Source: Cytophagales bacterium (lineage in GTDB: Bacteria > Bacteroidota > Bacteroidia > Cytophagales > Cyclobacteriaceae). Taken from it: DNA of 64,000 nt. A model generated the notes under the pieces. It saw only the letters and a program-made list of their open reading frames with translations. It was not told the DNA's origin and searched no databases. Numbering within the stretch: the first letter of the stretch is position 1; each line of letters opens with the position of its first letter. Location of the stretch: contig JAWPMT010000002.1 in assembly GCA_033344775.1 (NCBI GenBank), positions 898,685-962,684 on the forward strand. Reading direction: 5' to 3'. The position numbers and the translations under genes are program-made. Shown piece after piece: positions 43,810-53,127 of the stretch.

Positions 43810-45900
43810 ATGAGAGAGGTTAGCAAGTTCAATCTGGCATTATCGGTATTAAATGCCGTACCATTACATAAGCTTAACTTCCATTGGCTTTTAATGATAG
43901 CAATGATTTTGCTTAGTGTAAGTCCCAATAGTATTTCAGCTCAATCTCAGGCCCCTAAGTTCATCAGGACTTATCAGTCAGGAGTATTTCTGAATAGTGG
44001 TGTGCCATATGTGGAGGCTCATACCGAGGAGTCTCTTAAATTATTTGTGAATATGCAGGAGGCGTTTTCTCTTGACGAAAATGAGATTCAGAATACAGGC
44101 AATTATGGAGTTTTGTCCCCTTTACCCCCTGGGTCCCTAATGACAGTAGAGATTTATGATCAGAATATTTTTGAAAACAAATCAAATGACTTCATTAACC
44201 GGGATGGGCTCCTTTATGGTATAAAAATTTTCGGGGCGCCCTATTGGGAAAGAAATAGCTATACTGTCAAAAATTGCCTTTATGGCAATCGTTATAACCT
44301 CCATCAAACTCCAACAAAAACCCCGGATGATTTCGGTACTGTCAAATGTCCTGGGTTTAGTCGCGCGAGTGACGATTGGCGAAGTAATTACTTGGCGTCG
44401 GCAATGGAATACCTCAAGAGGGAAAACCCGAATGATGACTTTAGATATCCCTTTACTCTGAATGGACTTCCCGCTGTATTGAGGGTCACCATAGAGGAAG
44501 AGGAACCCATGACCGTAACGAATAGCGTCATTAGGGATTCTCATATTCCTGGGATACCCAAGTTAAAAGAGATTTTCAATTTTGATGAACCACAGAAACG
44601 GCAACCCATTATTACTATGGCAAATGAGGGATATGATGGAACTGTTCACGAAACTAATTTCATTACAGAGAACAGCCCAACATTATTCACTGAACAAGGA
44701 AATGGATGGACCAAACCATCGAGCAAGACAGACCTGGGTTTTGAAAATTTTAATTCAGGGTCTGGATCATGCATTGAAGAGGAATGGCCAATAGAGCGTG
44801 TATATAAGTGGACTGCCAGGTATGAAGAAGGTACCATTTATGAGAATCCCGTTAATTTCTTTGTAAGAGAAAAAGATGTCAAGTTTTATAGACCAGATGG
44901 TACTGCCAAGCGTCCGGAGAAACCTTTACTTTTTTATGATCCCAATCATTCTAATGAGAAGGCTTGGGATGTTATCGTATTTGAATATGCCAAGGCATTG
45001 GGGCGGATTCCTCGAATTTTGAGAGGAGGTGTAACAAACATATATATGAAAACAGAACCACGTGCGAGTGCATGTGGTCATGATAGCAAATCAATGCTTT
45101 TAAGCAGTGACTTTCGTTCTGAAAAAATGGAAGAAACTGTCTTGCATGAAGCGGTTCATATTACATTGGATGAATACCTTGTAGATTTTGATTTGCCTCA
45201 CCTCCCTCATCAACACGGGGATCCAAACTGGGCAAAATCAATTGCAGCGGATGGAAGAAACTATTCGCAATACGTCCAAGAAAATGATTGGACTTTCAAG
45301 AGGGAGCAAGTTTCGGAGCATTTTGCCGTTTTCCTCTGGTTGAGAAATGACTATTTTAAGAAAAAGGCCAGGAACGGTGGTCAGACTAATTGGATACAAC
45401 TTGCCAAAAGACTCAGTAATCAGGCAATTGACTTTATGCCAAACAGAATCAATTATTTTCAGGATTACCTGCTCACCAGACCCTATAATGGTATTTCCTA
45501 TCAAAATTGGAGTGAGGCCATTTACCCATTGCAAGATAAGCGTATCATCGATTTGCCGTTTGACCCGGTATCAACAGTCGCGGCCAGGCCTGACCTATCT
45601 GAAAGTGGTGTAACAGAGAGAGACATCCCTGCACAATTAGAAGCATGGTCAATTGTCGTATATCCAAATCCTTCAGAAGGGAAATTTTCAGTCAACCTGA
45701 CTGTCACAAATCAGGATGTAATACCATACCGGATAACGGACCTTGCAGGGAGAACTGTATATTCCGGAACATTTATTGATCTTCGTGAAGGGAGTAACTC
45801 ACTGGAGGTTGATATGGGTGATCTGGTGGAAAAGGGAGTTTATATTCTCCAGCTTCATGGTACGAATTTGCACCAAACTAAACGTCTGCTTATCAGGTGA
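43810..45900 (+). CDS. Secreted putative zinc metalloprotease (HExxH) with a T9SS C-terminal sorting domain
   Basis: Hydrophobic leader LLMIAMILLSVSPNSISAQ. VLHEAVHITLDEY carries the HExxH motif. C-terminal WSIVVYPNPSEGKFSVNL...GVYILQLHGTNLHQTKRLLIR (about 45645-45897) is a Por/T9SS CTD signature. The track start at 43702 is a TTG; ATG 43810 is the likelier start. Confidence 0.75.
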   Translation: MREVSKFNLALSVLNAVPLHKLNFHWLLMIAMILLSVSPNSISAQSQAPKFIRTYQSGVFLNSGVPYVEAHTEESLKLFVNMQEAFSLDENEIQNTGNYGVLSPLPPGSLMTVEIYDQNIFENKSNDFINRDGLLYGIKIFGAPYWERNSYTVKNCLYGNRYNLHQTPTKTPDDFGTVKCPGFSRASDDWRSNYLASAMEYLKRENPNDDFRYPFTLNGLPAVLRVTIEEEEPMTVTNSVIRDSHIPGIPKLKEIFNFDEPQKRQPIITMANEGYDGTVHETNFITENSPTLFTEQGNGWTKPSSKTDLGFENFNSGSGSCIEEEWPIERVYKWTARYEEGTIYENPVNFFVREKDVKFYRPDGTAKRPEKPLLFYDPNHSNEKAWDVIVFEYAKALGRIPRILRGGVTNIYMKTEPRASACGHDSKSMLLSSDFRSEKMEETVLHEAVHITLDEYLVDFDLPHLPHQHGDPNWAKSIAADGRNYSQYVQENDWTFKREQVSEHFAVFLWLRNDYFKKKARNGGQTNWIQLAKRLSNQAIDFMPNRINYFQDYLLTRPYNGISYQNWSEAIYPLQDKRIIDLPFDPVSTVAARPDLSESGVTERDIPAQLEAWSIVVYPNPSEGKFSVNLTVTNQDVIPYRITDLAGRTVYSGTFIDLREGSNSLEVDMGDLVEKGVYILQLHGTNLHQTKRLLIR

Positions 45901-45928
45901 CCTGTAAACTATTTTCTGCTTTGCCATT

Positions 45929-46410
45929 CTGGCGAGTGTTGCGTATCATCCTGGCGCGCGTTGCGAAGCCAAAACGCGTGCCCATTCAGCAAGTGCTGCT
46001 CAATTTTTTATCCAAAACCGAAGCCGGCTTGGTTAGTCCAAGGCATTTGGTTGTCATGATGATGATAGAATAGCGGATTGAGAATTTGGTTTCAGCTGAT
46101 TTTTTCTTGTCAATCCATTTCGAGTCGCGAATTGAGGGCAGTCCGCATGCACGGAAGAATAATCAAAAACATGATGATTGTAATTGAGCATTCTATTTGT
46201 TTTTAAGGTCACGAAAACCACGGTTGCAACTCTCACCACCTCCGTCATTCAGAATGGAGCGCCAGCGGAATGTGGAATCTACGACGGAGGTCTACCATTA
46301 CGTGATTGCGGCTTTTTGGATGTTTTTTATTCCACTGCCAAAAAAATGAGAATGGCGCGCGTAGCGAAAGCCAAAAAGTGTACCCATTCATCAAGTGCTA
46401 CTCAATTTTG
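45929..46410. repeat. Mosaic repeat block (RE-E twice, inverted RE-C, partial RE-D)
   Basis: RE-E at 45952-45981 and 46353-46384, each followed by CCATTCA.CAAGTGCT.CTCAATTTT. RE-C in inverted orientation at 46238-46291. Partial RE-D (GATTGCGGCTTTTTGG...CCAAAAAAATG) at about 46303-46348. Confidence 0.8.
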
Positions 46411-46691
46411 TTATCTGTCGGTCAAAGCACTTCCTTCCGGAACTTTTCTGGTGAGGACCACCGGCGGGTCAATAAATTTCTCAGAACTAATGGTCATCAC
46501 GCATTGGTCATGAGATCATAGAAATTGAAAGAAAGTGATGTGTTTCGTAAATGTGGGGGCTCTGGGCGGGAGCCCCTCATACTACACTTTCATAGTGAAC
46601 AGCAAACCAGGTCCGCTGACAAGATTAAAGAAGAAGCTGATGGAGTTAATTCTCGTGCTAAGTAAGAACATGAAGTAATTTTTTCACACAA

Positions 46692-49600
46692 ATGAAACGC
46701 TTGAGATCATTTCAATTGCTTTGCTGCTTGCTGGTGACTTGTGCTAGTTTGGAAGCGCAGCAACCATTAGGCTTTTACTTTCCTGACAGGCCCTTTATTA
46801 ACACCTCGGACCCTAATAATCGAAATGTGAATCATCCAGATGGATCCGATATGCAGGATTTGAAAAGAGCTACAGCATTTATTGCGGGTTCGGCAGATGA
46901 ATTTTGTTCTTGTACGCTGATGAATAATGTCAGGCAGGACGGTAGCATTTTAGTAAGCACCTCGGCTCACTGTTTCCCCAATCGAGACTCGGGTAGTGAG
47001 ATTGGTGTGGTACTTACGTTCAATTATGAAATGTCTGATGCCCTAAACAGGGGCACGGACGTTGATGATGTGGTGATCACAAACGCTTATAACGTTTCAG
47101 GTACGTTATTGTACAAGGATGAAATAAGTGACATGGCCTTACTCGAACTTCGGGTCGAAGGAATCGAAAACTGGCCTGAAAATGTATATGCAGCGGGCTG
47201 GGACCTGTCAATAGAAAACACTTTATCATTTAATATTTCCCATCCTCAAAGTGATCACAAAAAAATATTCATCAATCCGGAAAGTCAAGCCTTTAAATGG
47301 AAGGACTTGCAAAGTTTCAAGGGTTACGCTTTTGAAATGACTGGCAGATGGAACAATCGTAGTACGCATCTTGAGGGCGGGGCGAGCGGTTCGGGATTCT
47401 TTAATGCAAATCAGGCGTTAATTGGCATTTATAGTGGTTTTCACCCAAGTTCTGGTGCCTATTTTTCCTCTGCACTTTCCAATGTCTGGTACAATGTAGA
47501 TGGAGCCCAAGGCCTTCGGAACTGGCTTGATCCCGATGAGACCTGGATCACCCAAATTCCTGGGGGGTATTTGTCTGATATGATCCCGGTACAGTCTGAT
47601 TTCATGCTGGAAATTGGCGGGGGGGAAACATATAGTTCAAAGGGAATTAACCCATCAGACCCTTCAAGATTAGAGGAAGGCGTTCATTATCTACGGCCAG
47701 CGATTATATTTAATGATCTGGCCTCCTTCGGAAGTTGGGAAAGCATATTGGGCATTAATATGCCTGATCCTAATGCATCAAAAGTGGTTTTGACCGTTTA
47801 TGAGATCATCTGGGATGCAGAAATGGCTCAATATCGCGAACAATTGTTGTATGGTACTTTTGCCAACAATACGATCTCTCCAAATGCACCGGTATCTGCT
47901 GGTTTCCGAGGCGCAGGCTGGGATTGTAACGACCTTCCGGTCGGATTTCCTCCCTGTGAAAGAAATACAGGATTTTGGCTTATCGATCGCCCAGTTGATT
48001 GGAGTACGACCATAAAACCGGCCTTTGCCAGAGCATTGAGCCTTCAATCGTCACATGAAGAGGGTGTTCAATCACTTTGGGATGTAACTATCCCGGTTGT
48101 GATCCGACTGACTAATGTAGGAAGCGAGTCTGTCGAGGTGAGAGCAGTGAGCTATCCAGCAGAAGTTCCGAGAAATGCCAGACAATTGTTTAAACCGAAA
48201 GAGTTGGCTCAGCAATTCAGGAGCTACAAATACCCATCCAGCCGGGGAGCCAATGCCGATCCTATTTTCATCAATCGATTGAGCGCCGAGCAGAACGGAC
48301 AACAGCTACAAGAAATAAAGTCAGGCAATAACGGAGGATATTTAAACTTGGGCAATCCCAATTTTAAGATCGGTCCGGTAAAGGTCGGCCCTACTGCAGG
48401 GGATCTCGAACTTACGTTGGATATTGTGAATCAAATCTTCCCGTACAATTACAAAGTATGGATCGATTACTTCAACTCAGACGATTTAGAGGGCAGGTGG
48501 GAAATTGACCCTGAGGATCCATCTCATAGTTATACGTACAATTTCGTAAATGATCCGGTAGCTCATCCCATGGAGGAAATTGCCGCTGGTTTCGCTAGTG
48601 ATGGTACGTTGTTGGTTAATCACCCAATGCCGAGAGCCCGTGAAATAAAGCTAAATCCAGGAGAGAAGCGCCTGACCCGTATGCGAGTAGCGGTTTCGAA
48701 TGAGTTGATCACCCATGATGGGGAGTATGGTATCGGCGAAGTAGAGGATTACCTGATTGAATTAGTGGCACCCACTTGTGAGGAACTGAGGCCAGTTGAA
48801 TATGAGGACTTTGCGGAAGCAGTGCTTCCTTATTGTGGTGAAGGAGGTTATTTAGAAACGAAAGGGCCCTTGACAGAATACTATCAGGAGACCGTCCCTG
48901 GTAGTTTGGAATTTCACACAGGTAAAAAGTCCAATGTTAGATTTGCTTCAGCCAAAGCAACCGGAAGCTGGTACACCAGTGGTGCCAATGCAATTAGCGA
49001 TAACAGAGTGGATCCGGTGCCTAATCCAGCCGATCCCGACTTTGACCAATCACTGATGGCGATCTCTACCAACGATCAGGAGGCTGATCCTGATGAATTG
49101 GTGGATCAGGAGCTCCGAATGGACGTTTACTATCCGTTGCCGAAAGAGGGGATCACCCTGGATGAACTGTCGGCTTTGCCGTTGATCATCTACCACTTTG
49201 GTGGTGCCTTCATGTGGAATACCCGTCAAAGTAAATTGACGGAAAAGACCTGCCAATGGTTGGCCAGCAAGGGTTTTGTAGTAGCAGCCATCGACTACCG
49301 TGTAGGTCTGTATGGGTATGAGGAAAAAGTTGGGTTGCGAACGATGCTTCGGGCCTGGCAGGACAGTCGTGCGGCAACCAAGTGGTGGCGGATGCCGGAG
49401 AACGAAAACGAAGTGAATGACGATTTTGAGGAATTGTGGAAGGTGGATCAATCAAAGGTCTACGCACTGGGGCATAGTGCAGGCGGGATCACCAGCCAGA
49501 CGAATCTATTCCTGACAGAAGTCAAATACGAAAACGAACATGAATCTGACAACTTTCTGGAAGCTACCTCCGAAGGGTATGGTTACGGTGGATGGGATGA

Positions 49601-50570
49601 TAGTGGCAATCCGAACTACCTGACATTTGGCCTGGAGGATTACGAGCCCATTCCCTGCCTTAACATCCAGGGACACAACACCTGTGATGTGTTGAGTAAA
49701 GCTACTGATGGCAGCTATGGCAGTTATCAAGGCAGTGATGGTGAGTTAGCTGCATTAATCACACAAAAACTCAATACTTACGCTTCCATGGATGGTCGCG
49801 TTGATAAATCCGTATCCTTTGCGGGTGCGCTGGCGAAGACAGACTGGATGTTAACCCCCCCGTTTAGATATGCGGCCGAAATTCATCATCATGAGGATGC
49901 GGTTGTTCCGTGGGGTCATGACTACCCCTTCAATGGAGGACGCTTGCCATGGGGGCGGATCATCAGTGTGTTTCCCAATTTTTCAATTTCCAAAATTTAT
50001 GGCGGTGGAGCCATGAAAGAAGCTTGGGACGATGCCCTGTTACCAACTGGTGGGACATTTGAGTTGTTAACCTTGGATGGTCCGGATCAAGGTGGTATGA
50101 ATGGTCAGGCCAGTTACCATGTTCCGGAATACAAATTTGGAAGCAACTACGATGATTACTTAAATGGAGCAGACCCGGAAATAGAAAATAAGATCATGTA
50201 TTATGTGGATGCCTTTTTCACAAAGGATTGGACTTCTGGTGTCGCCGGTCGTGAGATCAATAGTGAATTTGAAGCAGGAGAGGAGAAGCCCAAACCGGAA
50301 ATGGAGGTCGAGCCTACCTTCAAAGTGTTCCCTAATCCTGCCAATAACCAATTAAACATTCTGACTGAAGTTCGTCAGGTTGGGCCCCTTCAGATCCGGA
50401 TCTATGACTTTCAAGGCCGGAAAGTATACGAACTATCCAGAGACGAAATTGGTCAAGGTCATCAGTTGATCACCCTTAGGAATCTGGAGCTTGCTTCCGG
50501 GACCTATGTGGTGGCCATAGAGGCTGGAGATTTGGTTAGGAGAGAAAATATTTTGATCAAAAGAGAATGA
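46692..50570 (+). CDS. Multidomain T9SS cargo: S1 (trypsin-fold) serine protease-like, GEVED region, alpha/beta-hydrolase (esterase/lipase-like), T9SS CTD
   Basis: Signal peptide MKRLRSFQLLCCLLVTCASLEAQ. VSTSAHCF (His), ISDMALLEL (Asp) and EGGASGSGFF (Ser) in trypsin-fold order. GIGEVEDYLIE. IIYHFGGAFMWN and ALGHSAGG (HGG / GxSxG esterase motifs). C-terminal FKVFPNPANNQLNIL...GTYVVAIEAGD (about 50319-50567). Confidence 0.8.
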   Translation: MKRLRSFQLLCCLLVTCASLEAQQPLGFYFPDRPFINTSDPNNRNVNHPDGSDMQDLKRATAFIAGSADEFCSCTLMNNVRQDGSILVSTSAHCFPNRDSGSEIGVVLTFNYEMSDALNRGTDVDDVVITNAYNVSGTLLYKDEISDMALLELRVEGIENWPENVYAAGWDLSIENTLSFNISHPQSDHKKIFINPESQAFKWKDLQSFKGYAFEMTGRWNNRSTHLEGGASGSGFFNANQALIGIYSGFHPSSGAYFSSALSNVWYNVDGAQGLRNWLDPDETWITQIPGGYLSDMIPVQSDFMLEIGGGETYSSKGINPSDPSRLEEGVHYLRPAIIFNDLASFGSWESILGINMPDPNASKVVLTVYEIIWDAEMAQYREQLLYGTFANNTISPNAPVSAGFRGAGWDCNDLPVGFPPCERNTGFWLIDRPVDWSTTIKPAFARALSLQSSHEEGVQSLWDVTIPVVIRLTNVGSESVEVRAVSYPAEVPRNARQLFKPKELAQQFRSYKYPSSRGANADPIFINRLSAEQNGQQLQEIKSGNNGGYLNLGNPNFKIGPVKVGPTAGDLELTLDIVNQIFPYNYKVWIDYFNSDDLEGRWEIDPEDPSHSYTYNFVNDPVAHPMEEIAAGFASDGTLLVNHPMPRAREIKLNPGEKRLTRMRVAVSNELITHDGEYGIGEVEDYLIELVAPTCEELRPVEYEDFAEAVLPYCGEGGYLETKGPLTEYYQETVPGSLEFHTGKKSNVRFASAKATGSWYTSGANAISDNRVDPVPNPADPDFDQSLMAISTNDQEADPDELVDQELRMDVYYPLPKEGITLDELSALPLIIYHFGGAFMWNTRQSKLTEKTCQWLASKGFVVAAIDYRVGLYGYEEKVGLRTMLRAWQDSRAATKWWRMPENENEVNDDFEELWKVDQSKVYALGHSAGGITSQTNLFLTEVKYENEHESDNFLEATSEGYGYGGWDDSGNPNYLTFGLEDYEPIPCLNIQGHNTCDVLSKATDGSYGSYQGSDGELAALITQKLNTYASMDGRVDKSVSFAGALAKTDWMLTPPFRYAAEIHHHEDAVVPWGHDYPFNGGRLPWGRIISVFPNFSISKIYGGGAMKEAWDDALLPTGGTFELLTLDGPDQGGMNGQASYHVPEYKFGSNYDDYLNGADPEIENKIMYYVDAFFTKDWTSGVAGREINSEFEAGEEKPKPEMEVEPTFKVFPNPANNQLNILTEVRQVGPLQIRIYDFQGRKVYELSRDEIGQGHQLITLRNLELASGTYVVAIEAGDLVRRENILIKRE

Positions 50571-51295
50571 AAATTGACATTGGATTTGAGAAGATCGATA
50601 AAGAAGCTGATACATGCTAGACCGACATTTGCGAATCAATTTCCGGCGCTGCACATGGCCTGAACTTAACGAACCAAACTTCATGGCAAAATGACCCTTC
50701 GTTCCTTTACTGTTGGCCATCGGAAATCGTGACGATGTAGACCCCCTTCATGCGCAAATTCCCATATAGCTTGGATCCAATGCTAAAAAAATCAGTAGAG
50801 AAAGGTGCACTAGACGGTGAGATGTAGATACTGAATGTAACTCATTTCGCCGCGCTCCATGGAGGGGTGTTGCTCCCTGGGCCATAGTACCGGTCGAAGT
50901 GTCTCCGCAGCTTTATTGGTTGATCAAACATACATGATGTCAGAAAAGTCCGGGAGGCTTGGTTAAATGGCGAACCCGCATTGTCCTTTAAGATGAAACA
51001 CTCTTTCAATACTGCTATAAGATCAGGTTGATGAGTTCATGATTGTTAGAGAACGAATGTCGATATCGACCATGCTTTCCAGGTCAGGAAGAATCAGAAT
51101 GTCTGGAAGACCTGAAGGAACAGAAGCGGGGACCTGCTTCGAAAGAGAAGCAATTGAGTATTCTGATCAAATATCAGATGAGAGAGTAATTTGAAGGAGA
51201 CATTTTGGGACAGATCGAAATATAACATAATATAAAACATACACAGCTTATCAAAAACCTGGATATGAAGATTTCAACTGTAAACAGCAGAAAAT

Positions 51296-51874
51296 ATGTA
51301 TAGAATTTTTCTTTTTATTATATGTGGTGGACTCTGCCATATTAGTCAGGCGCAAGGCATCACACTCGGAACCATCAATCAACCCGAGGGCTTTACTTCG
51401 TTCGCGAATACCAAGATTTTTGTTTTGGAGAGCTATCGGAACGTGGATCACATGAAACAGGTAGTGAATGATGATCCGGACTTGAAAATAGTTGAGGACT
51501 ATAACTTTTGGGTGGAGCGGGGTGTCCTGACCTCATGGCTCAAATATGCGGGAGTCGAATCATGGGCAGATCATGTATTAGAAGCGAACTATCCATTACC
51601 GAAGCTGGAGGAAGTCAAGGCTTTCATCAATACCAACAAACACCTGCCGGGCGTTCCCTCAGTACAGGAGATGAAAATGGCGGGAGGTCAAAGCATGAAA
51701 GCCATAGACAGGATCTTACTGACCAAGATCGAAGAACTCTATCTGTATCAGATCGAGGAAGAAAAGAAACTGAGCCAATTGCAGGTGGATGAAGCAATGG
51801 ATGAGGATCGGACGCTTCGATGGCTCTCTGAACTTGGGAAGGAACTGGATGAAGCGTTACCCGGAGACGAATAG
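51296..51874 (+). CDS. Small secreted protein consisting almost only of the shared module
   Basis: Signal peptide MYRIFLFIICGGLCHISQAQ. WADHVLEANYPLPKLEEVKAFINTNKHLPGVPSVQEM...LLTKIEELYLYQIEEEKKL (51563 to about 51790). Confidence 0.8.
   Translation: MYRIFLFIICGGLCHISQAQGITLGTINQPEGFTSFANTKIFVLESYRNVDHMKQVVNDDPDLKIVEDYNFWVERGVLTSWLKYAGVESWADHVLEANYPLPKLEEVKAFINTNKHLPGVPSVQEMKMAGGQSMKAIDRILLTKIEELYLYQIEEEKKLSQLQVDEAMDEDRTLRWLSELGKELDEALPGDE
51563..51790 (+). other. Shared module, copy 4
   Basis: Variant with H for Y and L for F in the WxDYVF box; the rest is conserved. Confidence 0.75.
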
Positions 51875-51910
51875 CCCCAACAATAATTAGTGAATTAATC
51901 AATTAAGCGC

Positions 51911-53116
51911 ATGCAACGAAACTTATTTAACCTGTGCTGTCTGCTGATAAGTACGCTGATATCGATGATGTCCTCGGCCCAGGCAACCAACAGTCCCTTT
52001 GACAAAAGGGAACATACCTTTTTGCAATTTAATGGACCCCTTGGCCTGGTGGGTGGCGTTTCAGATCCCAATACGATCAACATCAACAACGCAAATAATC
52101 AGTTAGCGGAGACGATGCTTTGGGTAGGAGAAGGCATCGTATCCAATAAATTGTGTGTATTTAAAATTCCCGGTTGGGCGGATTATGTATTTGACCCGGC
52201 CTACAAAACGCCATCCCTTTCCGATGTGGAGGAATTCCTTTCGGAGCACAAACATTTACCAGGTATTCCATCTGAAGAAGAAGTGAAGGAGCATGGTTAT
52301 TCCCCTTCGGAGCTGTATGCGGCCTACCTGGCCAAAATCGAAGAACTCACGCTATTGACCATCGATCGGCAAAGTAAGCTTGAGGCCTTAAAAGCCGGGA
52401 TGCCTTCCTATCAGGTATACGACGATCTGTTAGGCCAATTGGCAAATGTAGAGGACAACTCTCTTCAGGAGGCTACCATATCCGATGTTGAAAACCCAGC
52501 AATGGTTAGCGATGAATTGGCTGAAGCAAGCATGGACGGAGCAACCGATGGTATGCTATACCAAAATTCAAAGCTTTTTACATGCGATGACAGTTTGTTC
52601 GTGTTGGGAAGAATGGTGATTACGAAGGACTATAAGAATCTTCCCGATAGCGATGATGAAGTCCTTTGTCCGACCTGCGGCGATGATGATGAAGATGGGG
52701 ACAACAATGATGGCCGCAGTGAGACTTTTCCGGTCGTCAATGATTTAAATCCCGAATTCCTGCTCTACATCAATGGAGGGACCACCACCTATGATTATAT
52801 CTGCCGGAACCTTCATGAAAAGTGGGGAGATTACGTTTTCGAGGATTCCTATCCTCTTATGTCGTTAGAATCACTCAGCACATATGTGTCTACCAACAGG
52901 CATTTGCCAGGCATCCCATCGGAGGCTGAGGTGATGGCGAATGGTCTGGAGTTGAGCGAAATGACAGGCAAATTCATCGTCAAGATAGAAGAGCTGTTTT
53001 TATACCTGCTACAACAGGACGAAGAGATCAGGCGGATACAAGCGTGGCATACGCCGGAAGGAAGAGACCAGCTTATTGTTCAGTTGGCTGATCAAATTAA
53101 ATCCCTGAAAAAGTAA
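51911..53116 (+). CDS. Secreted protein carrying two copies of the shared module separated by an acidic, Cys-containing linker
   Basis: Signal peptide LCCLLISTLISMMSSAQA. Module a is WADYVFDPAYKTPSLSDVEEFLSEHKHLPGIPSEEEV...IEELTLLTI. The linker contains CPTCGDDDEDGDNNDG. Module b is WGDYVFEDSYPLMSLESLSTYVSTNRHLPGIPSEAEV...IEELFLYLL. Confidence 0.8.
   Translation: MQRNLFNLCCLLISTLISMMSSAQATNSPFDKREHTFLQFNGPLGLVGGVSDPNTININNANNQLAETMLWVGEGIVSNKLCVFKIPGWADYVFDPAYKTPSLSDVEEFLSEHKHLPGIPSEEEVKEHGYSPSELYAAYLAKIEELTLLTIDRQSKLEALKAGMPSYQVYDDLLGQLANVEDNSLQEATISDVENPAMVSDELAEASMDGATDGMLYQNSKLFTCDDSLFVLGRMVITKDYKNLPDSDDEVLCPTCGDDDEDGDNNDGRSETFPVVNDLNPEFLLYINGGTTTYDYICRNLHEKWGDYVFEDSYPLMSLESLSTYVSTNRHLPGIPSEAEVMANGLELSEMTGKFIVKIEELFLYLLQQDEEIRRIQAWHTPEGRDQLIVQLADQIKSLKK
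52175..52395 (+). other. Shared module, copy 5 (internal)
   Basis: See the parent CDS; Trp codon at 52175-52177. Confidence 0.75.
52823..53045 (+). other. Shared module, copy 6
   Basis: See the parent CDS; Trp codon at 52823-52825. Confidence 0.75.
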
Positions 53117-53127
53117 TCGATGCGATC

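Noticed and set aside
43146-46521. Track ORFs 43146-43376, 43391-43582, 43458-43646, 46054-46248, 46184-46513 and 46306-46521 as genes
   Set aside because: Same reason: they are read-throughs of palindromic repeat mosaics with mutually overlapping frames.
50571-51295. Possible decayed gene or transposase remnant in the 725-bp gap before the module-protein operon
   Set aside because: Only short frames occur here (for example ..RRHFDRYYGPGSNTPPWSAAK on the minus strand). I recognise no family signature and no terminal repeats.
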